Shown: positions 22,784-33,300 of the stretch, piece after piece | How the letters are laid out: every line of letters starts with the position of its first letter | Position numbering within the stretch: position 1 is the stretch's first letter | Origin: Tubulanus polymorphus | Lineage: Eukaryota; Animalia; Nemertea | Reading direction: 5' to 3' | Length of the DNA: 64,000 bases | Assembly: GCF_964204645.1 (NCBI RefSeq) | Contig: NC_134027.1 | Span: forward strand, 12,184,485 to 12,248,484 | Notes under the pieces: generated by a model | The model's database searches: none | Seen by the model: only the letters and a program-made list of their open reading frames with translations | Told to the model about the DNA's origin: nothing | Made by a program: the position numbers and the translations under genes

Positions 22784-23320
22784 TTATTTTATAAATTTAT
22801 ATTCATATGGAAATTGTAATCTCAGTAATAATTTTGAACCTTTATTATTCTTTAATTTATTCATATATTCATCATATAATTCAGTAGGTATAATTTGATT
22901 TTCTTCCAATGATTGTTGCATAGATTTTCTATCTTTATTGTAGAATAAAACTAGAAATCTTATATTCTCCCTAAAGTCTTTAACAATTGAATTATATTTT
23001 TGATTTAAAACCCATGTTGTTATCCCGAAATGTCTTCCAGAGAAAGCTAGATAACATAACTCACTTTCTCTAACTTTTGAATCATGTAAATTTGCGCAAT
23101 CATCTACAATGAATAATGTATTTCATCCTTTATAAGTATCAACTATATCTCTATTATATGTTTTATTCATTTCATAAGTAGGACAAAATAATATTATATT
23201 ATCAAAATGATTCTTATAAATAGTTTCTAACAAATCTAATATGAAATGTGTTTTACCACAATTGGTTACACCAGTAACTAACATATTATGCGGTTCAAAT
23301 ATAAATAAATCTTTATTCAT
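22784..23320 (-). pseudogene. A32/FtsK-like DNA packaging ATPase with an in-frame TGA at 23123-23125
   Basis: Walker A GVTNCGKT; after the stop, Walker B LFIVDDC, SGRH (Arg finger) and LNQKY; ends at TAA 22784. Confidence 0.85.
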
Positions 23321-24398
23321 TTATTCTTTTAATTTTACTAGATAAAATCCATTCATTAGATTTATCATCATATCCTTTATATTTCACCAAAGAATATTTT
23401 TTTCCTTTAAGAGTTTTTGTTTTCAATACTTTTTCTATTTTGTATTCTATTTCATCTGGATTTGGTACAAGTGATAATTCTTGTTCATAGAAATAACCTA
23501 ATATTTCTTCATCTTTTAGATCTTCTAATTTATAAACAAATGGTTTAGTTAATATTATCTTTTTAATCTTAAATATTTCTTCTGTAAAATTTGGAGTATA
23601 ACCTTTATAAAAGGTTTTTCTATATTTAGATATTCTAACGTGTTGTCCAATTTTAAATTTAGGTTCACCGAAATCATGTGTAACAAATGCTCCATATAAA
23701 TTATTCCATACTATTTCCGAATTATCTTCTTTTCTAGCTTGTATAGGTTTCATATTTATAGAACTATGTTTAGAATTATTATAACCTTTCACTAAATCAT
23801 CTAATATATCGATATATTTGTATGTTTCGTTAGCAGTAAAATATTTCCACATTCTAGCTTTCAATGTTTTATTAAATCTTTCTATAATAGATGCTTTTTT
23901 ATCTGAGTGTGTTGAAAAATAATCTACATCGTTATCAGATAATAGTTTTTTGAAATGTTTGTTATAGAATTCCTTACCTTCATCAAATTGTATCTTATCT
24001 GGAATAGCTTCTTTAAATATAGATTTAAAAGCATTTGTCACTTCTATACCAGTTTTATTTTTGATTGGAATTGACCATGCGTATCTACTGAATATGTCTA
24101 TAACATTTAATATCCAGAAATATCCTTTGTTGTATTCTTCTAAGTTCTTCATGTCAATTAAATCTGCTTGCCATTGTTGATCGATATATGAAACCATAAC
24201 TTTTCTTGTTAAATAAGTTTTATCCATTTTCTTGTGGATTTGATATGTTGGTTGATTTTGTAACCATGATTTTAATTCACTATATTTTATATCACTATTA
24301 TCAGATTTAATTTTATTCCATAATTCTGAAACGTTAGAATATGATACTTCACTTTCTGGGTTATGATATAACTCTCTTAAATATTGTTCTTTTTTCAT
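23313..24398 (-). CDS. Retroviral-like (rve) integrase with a C-terminal chromodomain
   Basis: Intact 361 aa. DDE motifs WQADL, IDIFSRYAW, QFDEGKEF, IERFNKTLK; chromo-like end IEKVLK...VKYKGY...NEW. Confidence 0.93.
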   Translation of the reverse strand: MKKEQYLRELYHNPESEVSYSNVSELWNKIKSDNSDIKYSELKSWLQNQPTYQIHKKMDKTYLTRKVMVSYIDQQWQADLIDMKNLEEYNKGYFWILNVIDIFSRYAWSIPIKNKTGIEVTNAFKSIFKEAIPDKIQFDEGKEFYNKHFKKLLSDNDVDYFSTHSDKKASIIERFNKTLKARMWKYFTANETYKYIDILDDLVKGYNNSKHSSINMKPIQARKEDNSEIVWNNLYGAFVTHDFGEPKFKIGQHVRISKYRKTFYKGYTPNFTEEIFKIKKIILTKPFVYKLEDLKDEEILGYFYEQELSLVPNPDEIEYKIEKVLKTKTLKGKKYSLVKYKGYDDKSNEWILSSKIKRINE

Positions 24399-24404
24399 CT
24401 TATT

Positions 24405-24887
24405 TTAATCCATTAATAATAATTTAGATTTAGTTTCAATGGCTTTATGATTTGACTTATTTTCTGGTATAATAGGTTTATTGTCTGTACACGGATAACT
24501 AAGTTTCCGATTATAATTGGAATCATCTTTATCATCAGATTTGAATTTTGATTTATATATTACACCGGATAATATAATAACTGTTACTAATCCAATTGTA
24601 ATATATAAGTAATTATTTCTTCCACTATTAGAAGAATCAGATGGATTATCATTCGAATCAATATCAGATAATTTCTGTGATTCATTTATATCAGTTAATT
24701 TCTTTTTCTTAGCTTTTTTTAATTCTGAAGATCTTTTACCTAATTCTCTTACCCATATAATTTGTTTCTCTATATCAGTTAATTTCTTTTTCTTAGTTTT
24801 TTTTAATTCTGAAGATCTTTTACCTAATTCTCTTGCCCATTTAATTTGTTTCTCGGATCTAGCCTTTTTCTTAACTCCATCACTCAT
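24405..24887 (-). CDS. Basic Polinton protein with an internal duplication and a TM segment
   Basis: 160 aa; W(A/V)RELGKRSSELKK..KKKLTDI occurs twice; hydrophobic stretch YLYITIGLVTVIILSGVI. Confidence 0.6.
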   Translation of the reverse strand: MSDGVKKKARSEKQIKWARELGKRSSELKKTKKKKLTDIEKQIIWVRELGKRSSELKKAKKKKLTDINESQKLSDIDSNDNPSDSSNSGRNNYLYITIGLVTVIILSGVIYKSKFKSDDKDDSNYNRKLSYPCTDNKPIIPENKSNHKAIETKSKLLLMD

Positions 24888-25482
24888 TTATTTTAGTTAA
24901 TTTTTGTTCTGATTCATTTTCTGTTTCGACGTTTGGTTGTAGTACATCTGTTTCGTTCTTACCTGATTTATATTCCATAGGTTTGATGTTCGAAAATGTT
25001 ATGACACCAGTAGAAATTAATGTCATAACCGATCCTAATTGAAATGAAGCATAACCAACCCATTTTTGTAATTCAGTCATAACTAAGTAGTCATTTTTTA
25101 AATCACTATATAATTTATTTTCATCATCAATTGGTATTAACTGGTTACATAACTTAGAATAACATTTGACAATACCATCTGAAATAGAATCATTTATTCT
25201 AGCTAATCTAGCTTCTTCATAAATCTTAAAATATTTTATTACTTTATCTGGTTTCATAGAGTCTAGTTCTTGAAAAGTAATGATTCTATTTAAAAACTCA
25301 TTAGTTTTTCCACCGGCAATCAATAGTTCTAGATGATGCTTACAATACAAATAGTATTCATAATCTATATTGTTATTAACTTGAATAGAATTAGAAACAA
25401 CTGTATCTTTATTATCACTAATACCCAAATCATCTAATGTCTTTTCAATATCAATACTATTCTTATTAGATTTCTTTGACAT
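24880..25482 (-). CDS. Polinton hypothetical protein
   Basis: Intact 200-aa ORF; T6...TAAATG start; overlaps the next gene. Confidence 0.65.
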   Translation of the reverse strand: MSKKSNKNSIDIEKTLDDLGISDNKDTVVSNSIQVNNNIDYEYYLYCKHHLELLIAGGKTNEFLNRIITFQELDSMKPDKVIKYFKIYEEARLARINDSISDGIVKCYSKLCNQLIPIDDENKLYSDLKNDYLVMTELQKWVGYASFQLGSVMTLISTGVITFSNIKPMEYKSGKNETDVLQPNVETENESEQKLTKINE

Positions 25483-26430
25483 TTATATTAGAGAAAAAAG
25501 CGAAAAAAATATAATAAGTATTCTTCAAATGATACTAGTATCTCTTTAGATTAATACTAGCTTAGTTAAAGGTAAAGAATTTTAGTATTAGTTATTGTTT
25601 TTTTAGTATTTTTTATTTGTGATATAAAGTATTCTTTTGAAAAGAAAATATTAAAAAAACAATAACTAATACTAGCTAGTTGAAGATATGTAATTTTTAA
25701 TACTTTTTATTTGAATTAGGATTTAGATTATCTCACTACTATTGTCTATCTATTAGGAGCAGTAACCATAACTGTCCAGATAAGTCATTTCGGATTCTCG
25801 ATAATAAATCCTAAAACTGAAAATAAATTCAAAGAAACGACTGGTGGAAATACTATTTCATGAACACATATATTTTATTCTACAATCATTATCGATTTCC
25901 ACATTCCAAGCCGCTCCAGAGAGGAGCGGTAAGGTATGCGTGGAATGCAGGAATCAATAAAATACAATACAACATCTGTCACTATGTGACATTAACAACA
26001 GCTTAATGACGCAATTGAAATTCCGACAAACGTAATGCATTGGAAGCCTATACAGTATGGCTAAACTGCCACAGTCTCATGAGTTGAAATATCCATTATT
26101 TCTGATTCCACATCCATCTATCTTCACTTTCTTGATTCAATGGTCTTCATTTTGTTATCTAAAAGATAAATATCTAACGTAGAATAAAACTAACTTGAAG
26201 TTGTAGTTGTAAAATATTAATTACAACACTTAAACATAGCCATTCGTGGCACATCTTACCAGGATAAGTTTTACATGTTTAACGTTTCCCGGCGCTTAAT
26301 AACAACAAAAACAGTACTTACATTTATAACTGTAAACTCCTAAAATTGTGTTTATAGAGAGAATATCCTATACGTTCCTATGCTTATGTGCTGCGCGTTT
26401 ATAACTGCCAGTTATTCACTAGCTAAACAC

Positions 26431-26842
26431 TTTATTAAAATTGATTTTAGAAGTTCAATGATTTATATTATGCATTATTTCAATCACACTTTACTAACAC
26501 TTTTAATGTTTAAAAATCTAACTCACACAAATATTAATATTGAAATATTGTTGTAAATATATCTATATATCTATTCTATAAGAGCTCGTTAATTACTCGT
26601 TACTTATATATGTTATTCATTTAAATGTTATTCATATATATGAATATTTTAAGAGTAATAGGGATAATAGGCTTTCATATCAAAGGTCGAACGGGCGAGT
26701 GAGTAAAAAAATGAAAATAATAATAATTTACAATTGAATTAGGAGTGTGCGCGACCAATTCAACTGTAAATTATTATTATTTTCATTTTTTACGAGCTCG
26801 ACCGTTCGACCTTTGGTATGAAAGCCTATTATCCCTATTACT
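26431..26842 (-). repeat. Right TIR (412 bp); terminal palindrome at 26654-26842
   Basis: Inverted copy of 10445-10856. Confidence 0.95.
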
Positions 26843-26954
26843 TCTGCCTGACCTTCAGATGCTGAGCTTCGTCAATGGTTTCGTAATCCGCAAACGCCAG
26901 TATCAACTTCGGCCAGAGGCTCATATCTTAATTCTTATCGCCGGTCGGTCTACA

Positions 26955-27787
26955 CAGGGGCGGATACAGGGGGTCGCACCTGCGGCACGTGCGACCCCTT
27001 GAATTTGTCAAGTGCCCTTTTCAAAAAGATTCTCATGAAAAAACCGTCCGGCCAGCGCCCACAAAATCCGACGTCCGGACCTATGAAATGAATTAGAATT
27101 TGAATTATTGCCGTAAAGGGCACGTTATATATTGCAAAAATGGCACGTTTTATTGAATGAATTGCCAAAAAGGGTACACTATATTGAATCAATTGCCAAA
27201 AGGCACGTTATATTGCCAAAAAAGGCATGTTATATTGTCAAGAAGGGCACGTTATATTGCGAAAAAGGGCACGTTAATTTGCCAAAAATTCAGAAAAGGG
27301 CTCCAAAAATAGTTTGAAAAATCCTGTTATGGACAGAATTAATCTCCAAAATGGGGGCGCATTCAATCATATTACCGTACTGAGGTGCTCTGACAGGGCA
27401 CGACTCAATGACTACCGGCACGTTCAAATTGCCAAATCCTAAAGGCACATTGTATTGCCAAAAGGGCACGTTCATCAAAAATTCAGAAAAGGGCTAAAAA
27501 AGTCGGCTCAAAAATATGACTAAATAACTATCACATTCTAAAATGGGCACATTCAAATTGCAGTAAATACTAGAAGTGGTTCGTTATTGCCTAAAATTCA
27601 GAAAAGGGTATTTTTGCTATTTTGATGCCTCAGATGCTCTGATAGCTGGGCTTCAAATTTTAAACTGATTCTAAACCCCTTGGTGGCTTCGACCTTCGGT
27701 GCTCGCCTCCACGTAGTAATACAAATCCGGACAGGTGCCCTCTTGAATGAGTGCTACCCCTTGAATTTGGGCCAAGATCCGCCCCTG
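26955..27787. mobile_element. Non-autonomous DNA transposon (MITE) with internal short tandem repeats
   Basis: TIR CAGGGGCGGAT / ATCCGCCCCTG; flanking direct repeat CTACA (26950-54, 27788-92); internal AAAGGGCACGTTATATTGCC-like repeats at ~27110-27480. Confidence 0.8.
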
Positions 27788-30376
27788 CTACAAACCTTGA
27801 AATTTACTGACAATTTGTTTGTGACGAAAAGTGGATTTGAGCTTGATCATATAATGTAAACCAAGTTCTGCAAATACTTGTGGAGAGAACACAAATAGTG
27901 TTTGACTCTAACGAGCAGTGACTGCTTACTTTGTTCAATACATCAACTCATCGGAATTAGGTGAGTTCTTGATAGAACAATTTAAGTTCCTTGGTGATGT
28001 GATAATATCAAAATGTCTCATGAATACAAAACAAATGCCTGGCTAAATCAATTGATATTATTTAGTACACGTGGTTAAGTTCGGTTTTAAAGCATATCAG
28101 AAGTATATCAGAAAACCTGGTATAAGTACATATACACGTGTGCCATATGCCATCGGGCACGATTAGTTCACGCAACTGCCAACAGGGACCGATAAAAGCA
28201 CCAAACGAGGTACATCAGTACTTTTTATGTGGTAGCCCTTTTGGATCCACATATCCAGGATATGCATTGACCCCTAGGTTGCACTCCTTCAAAATAGCCG
28301 GATGTTATAAACTGACTAGAACCATTTCGATGAAATCACTGTACGCTTCCCAGTGCGACATTTAAACCAACAGGGCAGAAACCCGTTATCGCTGTTTTGC
28401 AGTTATATTTATTATTATTATATCTTTTTCACTTTCCAGCCAAAATCTTTTCATAAAATCTAACTCCTCTCAGATTCGACCACTAACAGCTTATAAACAT
28501 AATTTCTAATTCTGAGAGAAATATAATGCAGCGCCTGGCCATTTCGAATTTGCGTATAGTAATGTATTTTTAATTAATTCCGCGTGATTACCGGGTCCAA
28601 ACAAGGTCGTCAACCATTGATTAAAGTACATCCCGAAAAGCCTACAACAGTAAATCACGGATTCGGACTTACATGAGTCCGGATGCGTCATTTCCCGCGA
28701 ACAATGTCTTATTAATGAAACAACATGCGCTCTCTCGGATCGATGACAACGACATCAGAGTTTATGTAATTCAAGGTGAGAATCCGTTTACCAGGGAATG
28801 TCTTGCATGATTTCTTTATAATAGTAGTACATATGGTAGCAAATGAGTAGTCCGTGAAGTAATGATCGTTGTTGGCTAGCTACTTTACCTAGCTTTTTTG
28901 TGGGATACGCCAAAGACCGATAGATTTAGGCCCTTAATCTAGTAAATAGAGCCAGTGGAAAGCCTAAGTAGTTAGTAAGGGGCAGATTAACACGTCTTAT
29001 GTGTACAACTTTTTATTCCCGCTATTATTCGTGGAATGAACTGGTCACTACGGTCTTCAATTCCTTTGCGGATTCTTGCAGCTGGTGGAAATAAATTTAA
29101 ACCACAGTGTGCAAGTGTACGTTTCTAATCAAGCTTTTTCGTCATCGTCGTAACTTAAGCGCAACTGTCTCAGATGCTTAAGTACTTACCTTTTGTTTAA
29201 TTCTTTTTTCAATTGCCATGTTAACAATACCGTATTTGGATTAGCAATCACTCGTGCTATTAATGTACATATGTAGAATTGGATTCATTGCTTAATATTA
29301 TGGGATGATAATTCATGGGCGTAAGTAATTATTACATTTGTTTGCTTAATTACAGGTGGAAACAGTTCAGATGGCATGAAAACCGACTGTGGCTGACTAA
29401 TTGGCGCGGGTAGATAAAGCGTTGAGGTTTCAAATGGTGTCGCTAAAAGGCTTGTATCGCTCTTGTATCATCACAAGCAAGATGACCTTCCAAATCAAAT
29501 GTAAATTAAGAAAGAGACCAACAAAATCAATTGATCACCAAAAATAAATTAATTGTTTATCACAATACTTCAATTTCAAAATAAGGATAGGACAAAGGAG
29601 TGAACAATAAGTATGTTTGCCTTGCGTCTTAATTTTTCCCGAAAATAGTTCTTTTTCTGGCCACTACCTGCCTTGATGTGACACTTTACCAACTTCATGC
29701 AACTACCACCAGGGGACATTGAAAGCACCGTAAATTCTGTTAAGTTATTTTGACTAGACTTGGTACATCAGTACTTATACGTGGTAGCCCTTAAGGATCC
29801 ACATATCCAGCATATTGGTGACCCAGATTTCGCTTCTTGGAAATAGTCATGTTATAGACTGATGTGGTCAGTAGCCCTTTACAAGATGCCTGTATTGATG
29901 TATGGCTTAACTATGTTACTCATATGGTTCTCCAGTAGCGCCACCCATAAAATGGGGTATAACGCATTTTCAATCAATCTTATCGACTACTAAGCGTATA
30001 GATCGATTTCTATAAAAATTGATACACATGTACCTGGTTACTAAATACAATGAACCCCGCACATAATTAGTTCCTATTTCAACCACTAGGGAGCGTAAAT
30101 TTAAAAACTCATTTCAGCATCCGTTTTTCGCATGTGATGCGGACCGTTTATTATGTTAATCTCAAAACTTGGTATAAGTTGTTTCGAAAGTTCGGTTACT
30201 AAGCCGCTCATCTGGTTTGTGTTTATATATTTACTGTGGATGACATCTTGTTTATGTTTATTCTCCATCTATGTGAAATAAAATCAGTCACTTCCAAGGT
30301 TTCGTAGTAACCAGACGTGTTGCTTCTTTCTCTCGGATCTGTCCCCTCTGGTCGAATCGAACCTTTCACGACATTT

Positions 30377-30394
30377 TGGTGCCGTGACCAGGAT
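30377..30394 (+). promoter_or_regulatory. Primer-binding site complementary to the tRNA-His 3' end
   Basis: TGGTGCCGTGACCAGGAT lies just after the 5' LTR; eukaryotic tRNA-His ends ...TCACGGCA-CCA. Confidence 0.8.
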
Positions 30395-33300
30395 GGGGTC
30401 AGAAGGAAGGCTAACGGCAATCAGAAGGGCCCAACGGGGCCAAATGACGAAGATTTTCGGAAAAACGGAAGAAAAACTAGCAGAGATTCTACTCGTCGAT
30501 GAAAGTTCAAGAACTCTGGAAACTGTTCAACCGTTCTCCACTTTAATCGACGCGCTGTTCACAAAATTCGAATATTTACGACAATTAGACCAACAATTAA
30601 TGGATGAAATCGCTGATGAAACCGAGTTAACTAACACTATAGTTGAATCAGATGATTATCTCACTGAGATACAAATCAAACTCGGTCGATTCAAACTGAA
30701 CTTGGATAATCTACTAGCGAAGATACCAAAACCACAATCGCTAAACGAATCTGTAAGTACCATCAATCGAAGCAGTACTACCTCAACCGGCAGTAAAAAA
30801 GTCAATCTACCAAAATTGGCTCTCCCAAATTTCGATGGTGACATTTTGAAATGGTCTACTTTCTACGATAATTTCATCTCAGCCGTCGATAGCGATCCGC
30901 ATTTGGACGATATCCAGAAGTTTCAATATTTGGTCGCACAACTCACTGACGAAGCAGCGCGTACCATAGAAGGTCTGCAAATAACTAGCGCTAACTACAA
31001 AGAAGCTCTGACGATCTTAGTAGAAAGATACGGTCAACCTCACAAGATCGTGAACGCGTACATCAGAGCTTTATTAGATTTGCAGCCACCGCAGGATCAC
31101 GAGAGTCTACGCGAATTTTACGATTCTTTGGAAACATATATTCGAGGATTGCGCGCGCTCGGGAAATCGGAAGATGCGTTCGGTGACATACTCGTTCCGG
31201 TAGTCTTCGATAAGCTACCGAGTCCCGTCAAAACACAAATTTCACGGGAGCACGGAGACCGCGCCTGGACACTTAAAGAACTACGCGACGCGATCCGAAA
31301 GGAAATACAAGCTACACAGGCAGGAGCGAGCTGCGTCAACTTCGATAATGAAAAATTATCCGCTCTTCATATAAGCACTAAAACGAGGAAAAATCCGGCC
31401 TCGAAAAACAACAGTTGCGCGTTCTGCAAGGGTCCACATACGGCGTTCTCATGCGATATAATCGTTAACCCAAAAAAGCGACAAGACATCATAAAGGCAA
31501 ATCGTAAGTGTTATAACTGTTTTGGCAATCACATGGTAACAGCTTGCCAATCGAAATATCGTTGTAAGGTTTGCAAAGGCAAACACCACACTGCTATTCA
31601 TATAGATCGAAATACTGATACGCATATTGAATCAAAAAATATTCATGTCAATATAGCTCCAACTTCAAGTCCTGTTCTCTTGAAATCGGCTATTGGTCAA
31701 ATAAATTATGGTTCGAATTCGACCACGGTAAATATCTTGTTTGACGAAGGAGCGCAGTGCTCATTCATCACTAAAAAGTCGGTAAATGAATTAGGTGTCC
31801 GATTGGACAAATTTGAAAAGCAAGATGTAAATATTTCCACCTTTGGTGACAATTTGCCTGGGGCACGTACTCTACGGAGTATAGATTTAAAACTTCGTAC
31901 GCGTAAAGGCGAAATTGGTTTACGTGCATTAGTTGTACCGGAAATATGTCCACCAATTCAGAACAATGTAAAACTTGCTGTGACAAATCACCCGTACCTT
32001 CGAAATTTACCATTAGCACCGTACGTCAACACCAGCAATTGTGAAATTAATCTATTAATCGGTGCTGATTATTACTGGTCGATCGTAGAGAATGAAGTGG
32101 TTAGAGGAGCTGGCCCGACAGCTGTCAGTTCCAAACTCGGGTTCCTTCTATCAGGACCCATCAATTTGAATGCGAATACATCGGTACTCCATACTACCTG
32201 TCTTTTGAATACTATACATTCAAACGATGAATTCTCAAAATTATCTAACTACTGGGATCTTGAAGTAATTGGCATCAAGGAAACGATTAAATCTGAAACA
32301 ATGAATTTTGAAACGTATCGAGACAATTACCTTAAACGCGATACCAGTGGTAAATATATAGCGAATTTACCTTGGAAAGAAGATTATCCACCGCTCCCTA
32401 CCAATTTTGATATTTGTACCGCTAGAACTAGATCTATGGTTAAACGCTTGTCTCCAGAACTGAGGCAGACATATAATGCGATAATAGCAGAGCAACTTTC
32501 ACGCGAATTTATTCAGATAGTAGAAAATGATGACAAGAGCCAGGGCCATTACATACCCCACCACTCGGTTAAAAAGGAATCAATCACAACACCGATTAGA
32601 ATTGTTTATGATTGTAGTTGTAAACAAAGGGATAATCCTAGTTTGAACGACTGTCTGGAAAGCGGTCCTTCATTAATAAATGATCTTGTGCAGATATTAA
32701 TCCGCTTTCGCACGAATAACGTCGCATTTACAAGTGATATTGAAAAGGCATTTTTAAATGTAAAACTCGGTGAAAACGATAGAAATTTCACAAAATTTCT
32801 ATGGCTATCAGATCCTACGGATCCCGATAGTCCCTTCAAGGTCTATCGTTTCAAATCAGTACTTTTCGGGTCCACTAGCTCACCATTCATCATAAATTCT
32901 GTAGTGAAAACGCATCTACAGTCCGAAAATACAGAAATATCAATCGATATGCAATCAAACATATACGTCGATAACGTTCTCAGTGGCTCTCATAACGCTA
33001 AAAAAGCAATTGAATATTTTGAAGAAGCCACGAATACTATGAGCAGGGGTGGATTTATTTTGAGATCATGGGCTACAAACGACCCAGAACTAAGATCGTT
33101 GATAAAACAACAGGCAATGGGTGAGAATAATGAAATCGTCAATGTCGTAGGGTTACAATGGGATACGATTAGTGATACTCTTCAGTTTTCAAAGGCCATA
33201 AAAGACCCAGCTATGTGCACTCAGTCTGTGGTATCTAAGCGGGAAGTTGTGAGCGTAACAGCGTCACTATTTGACCCCCTTGGTCTCCTCTCGCCTGTGC

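Larger units (their letters stand above)
10445..26842. mobile_element. Polinton/Maverick (adintovirus-like endogenous virus), full length, 16,398 bp, decayed
   Basis: 6-bp TSD TCTGCC at 10439-10444 and 26843-26848; AGT...ACT termini; 412-bp TIRs; pPolB, minor and major capsid, packaging ATPase and rve integrase genes; much more AT-rich than the flanks. Confidence 0.96.

Noticed and set aside
24395-24410. Baculovirus late promoter ATAAG before the integrase
   Set aside because: A single occurrence in very AT-rich DNA; the other genes use TAAATG.
10445-26842. Flip/flop isomerism between the two hairpin ends
   Set aside because: The right end is the plain reverse complement of the left, including the loop, so this copy gives no evidence of flip/flop.
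10445-26842. Viral or bacterial contamination, or a chimeric assembly
   Set aside because: A perfect 6-bp TSD and matching TIRs show a genuine integrase-mediated insertion.
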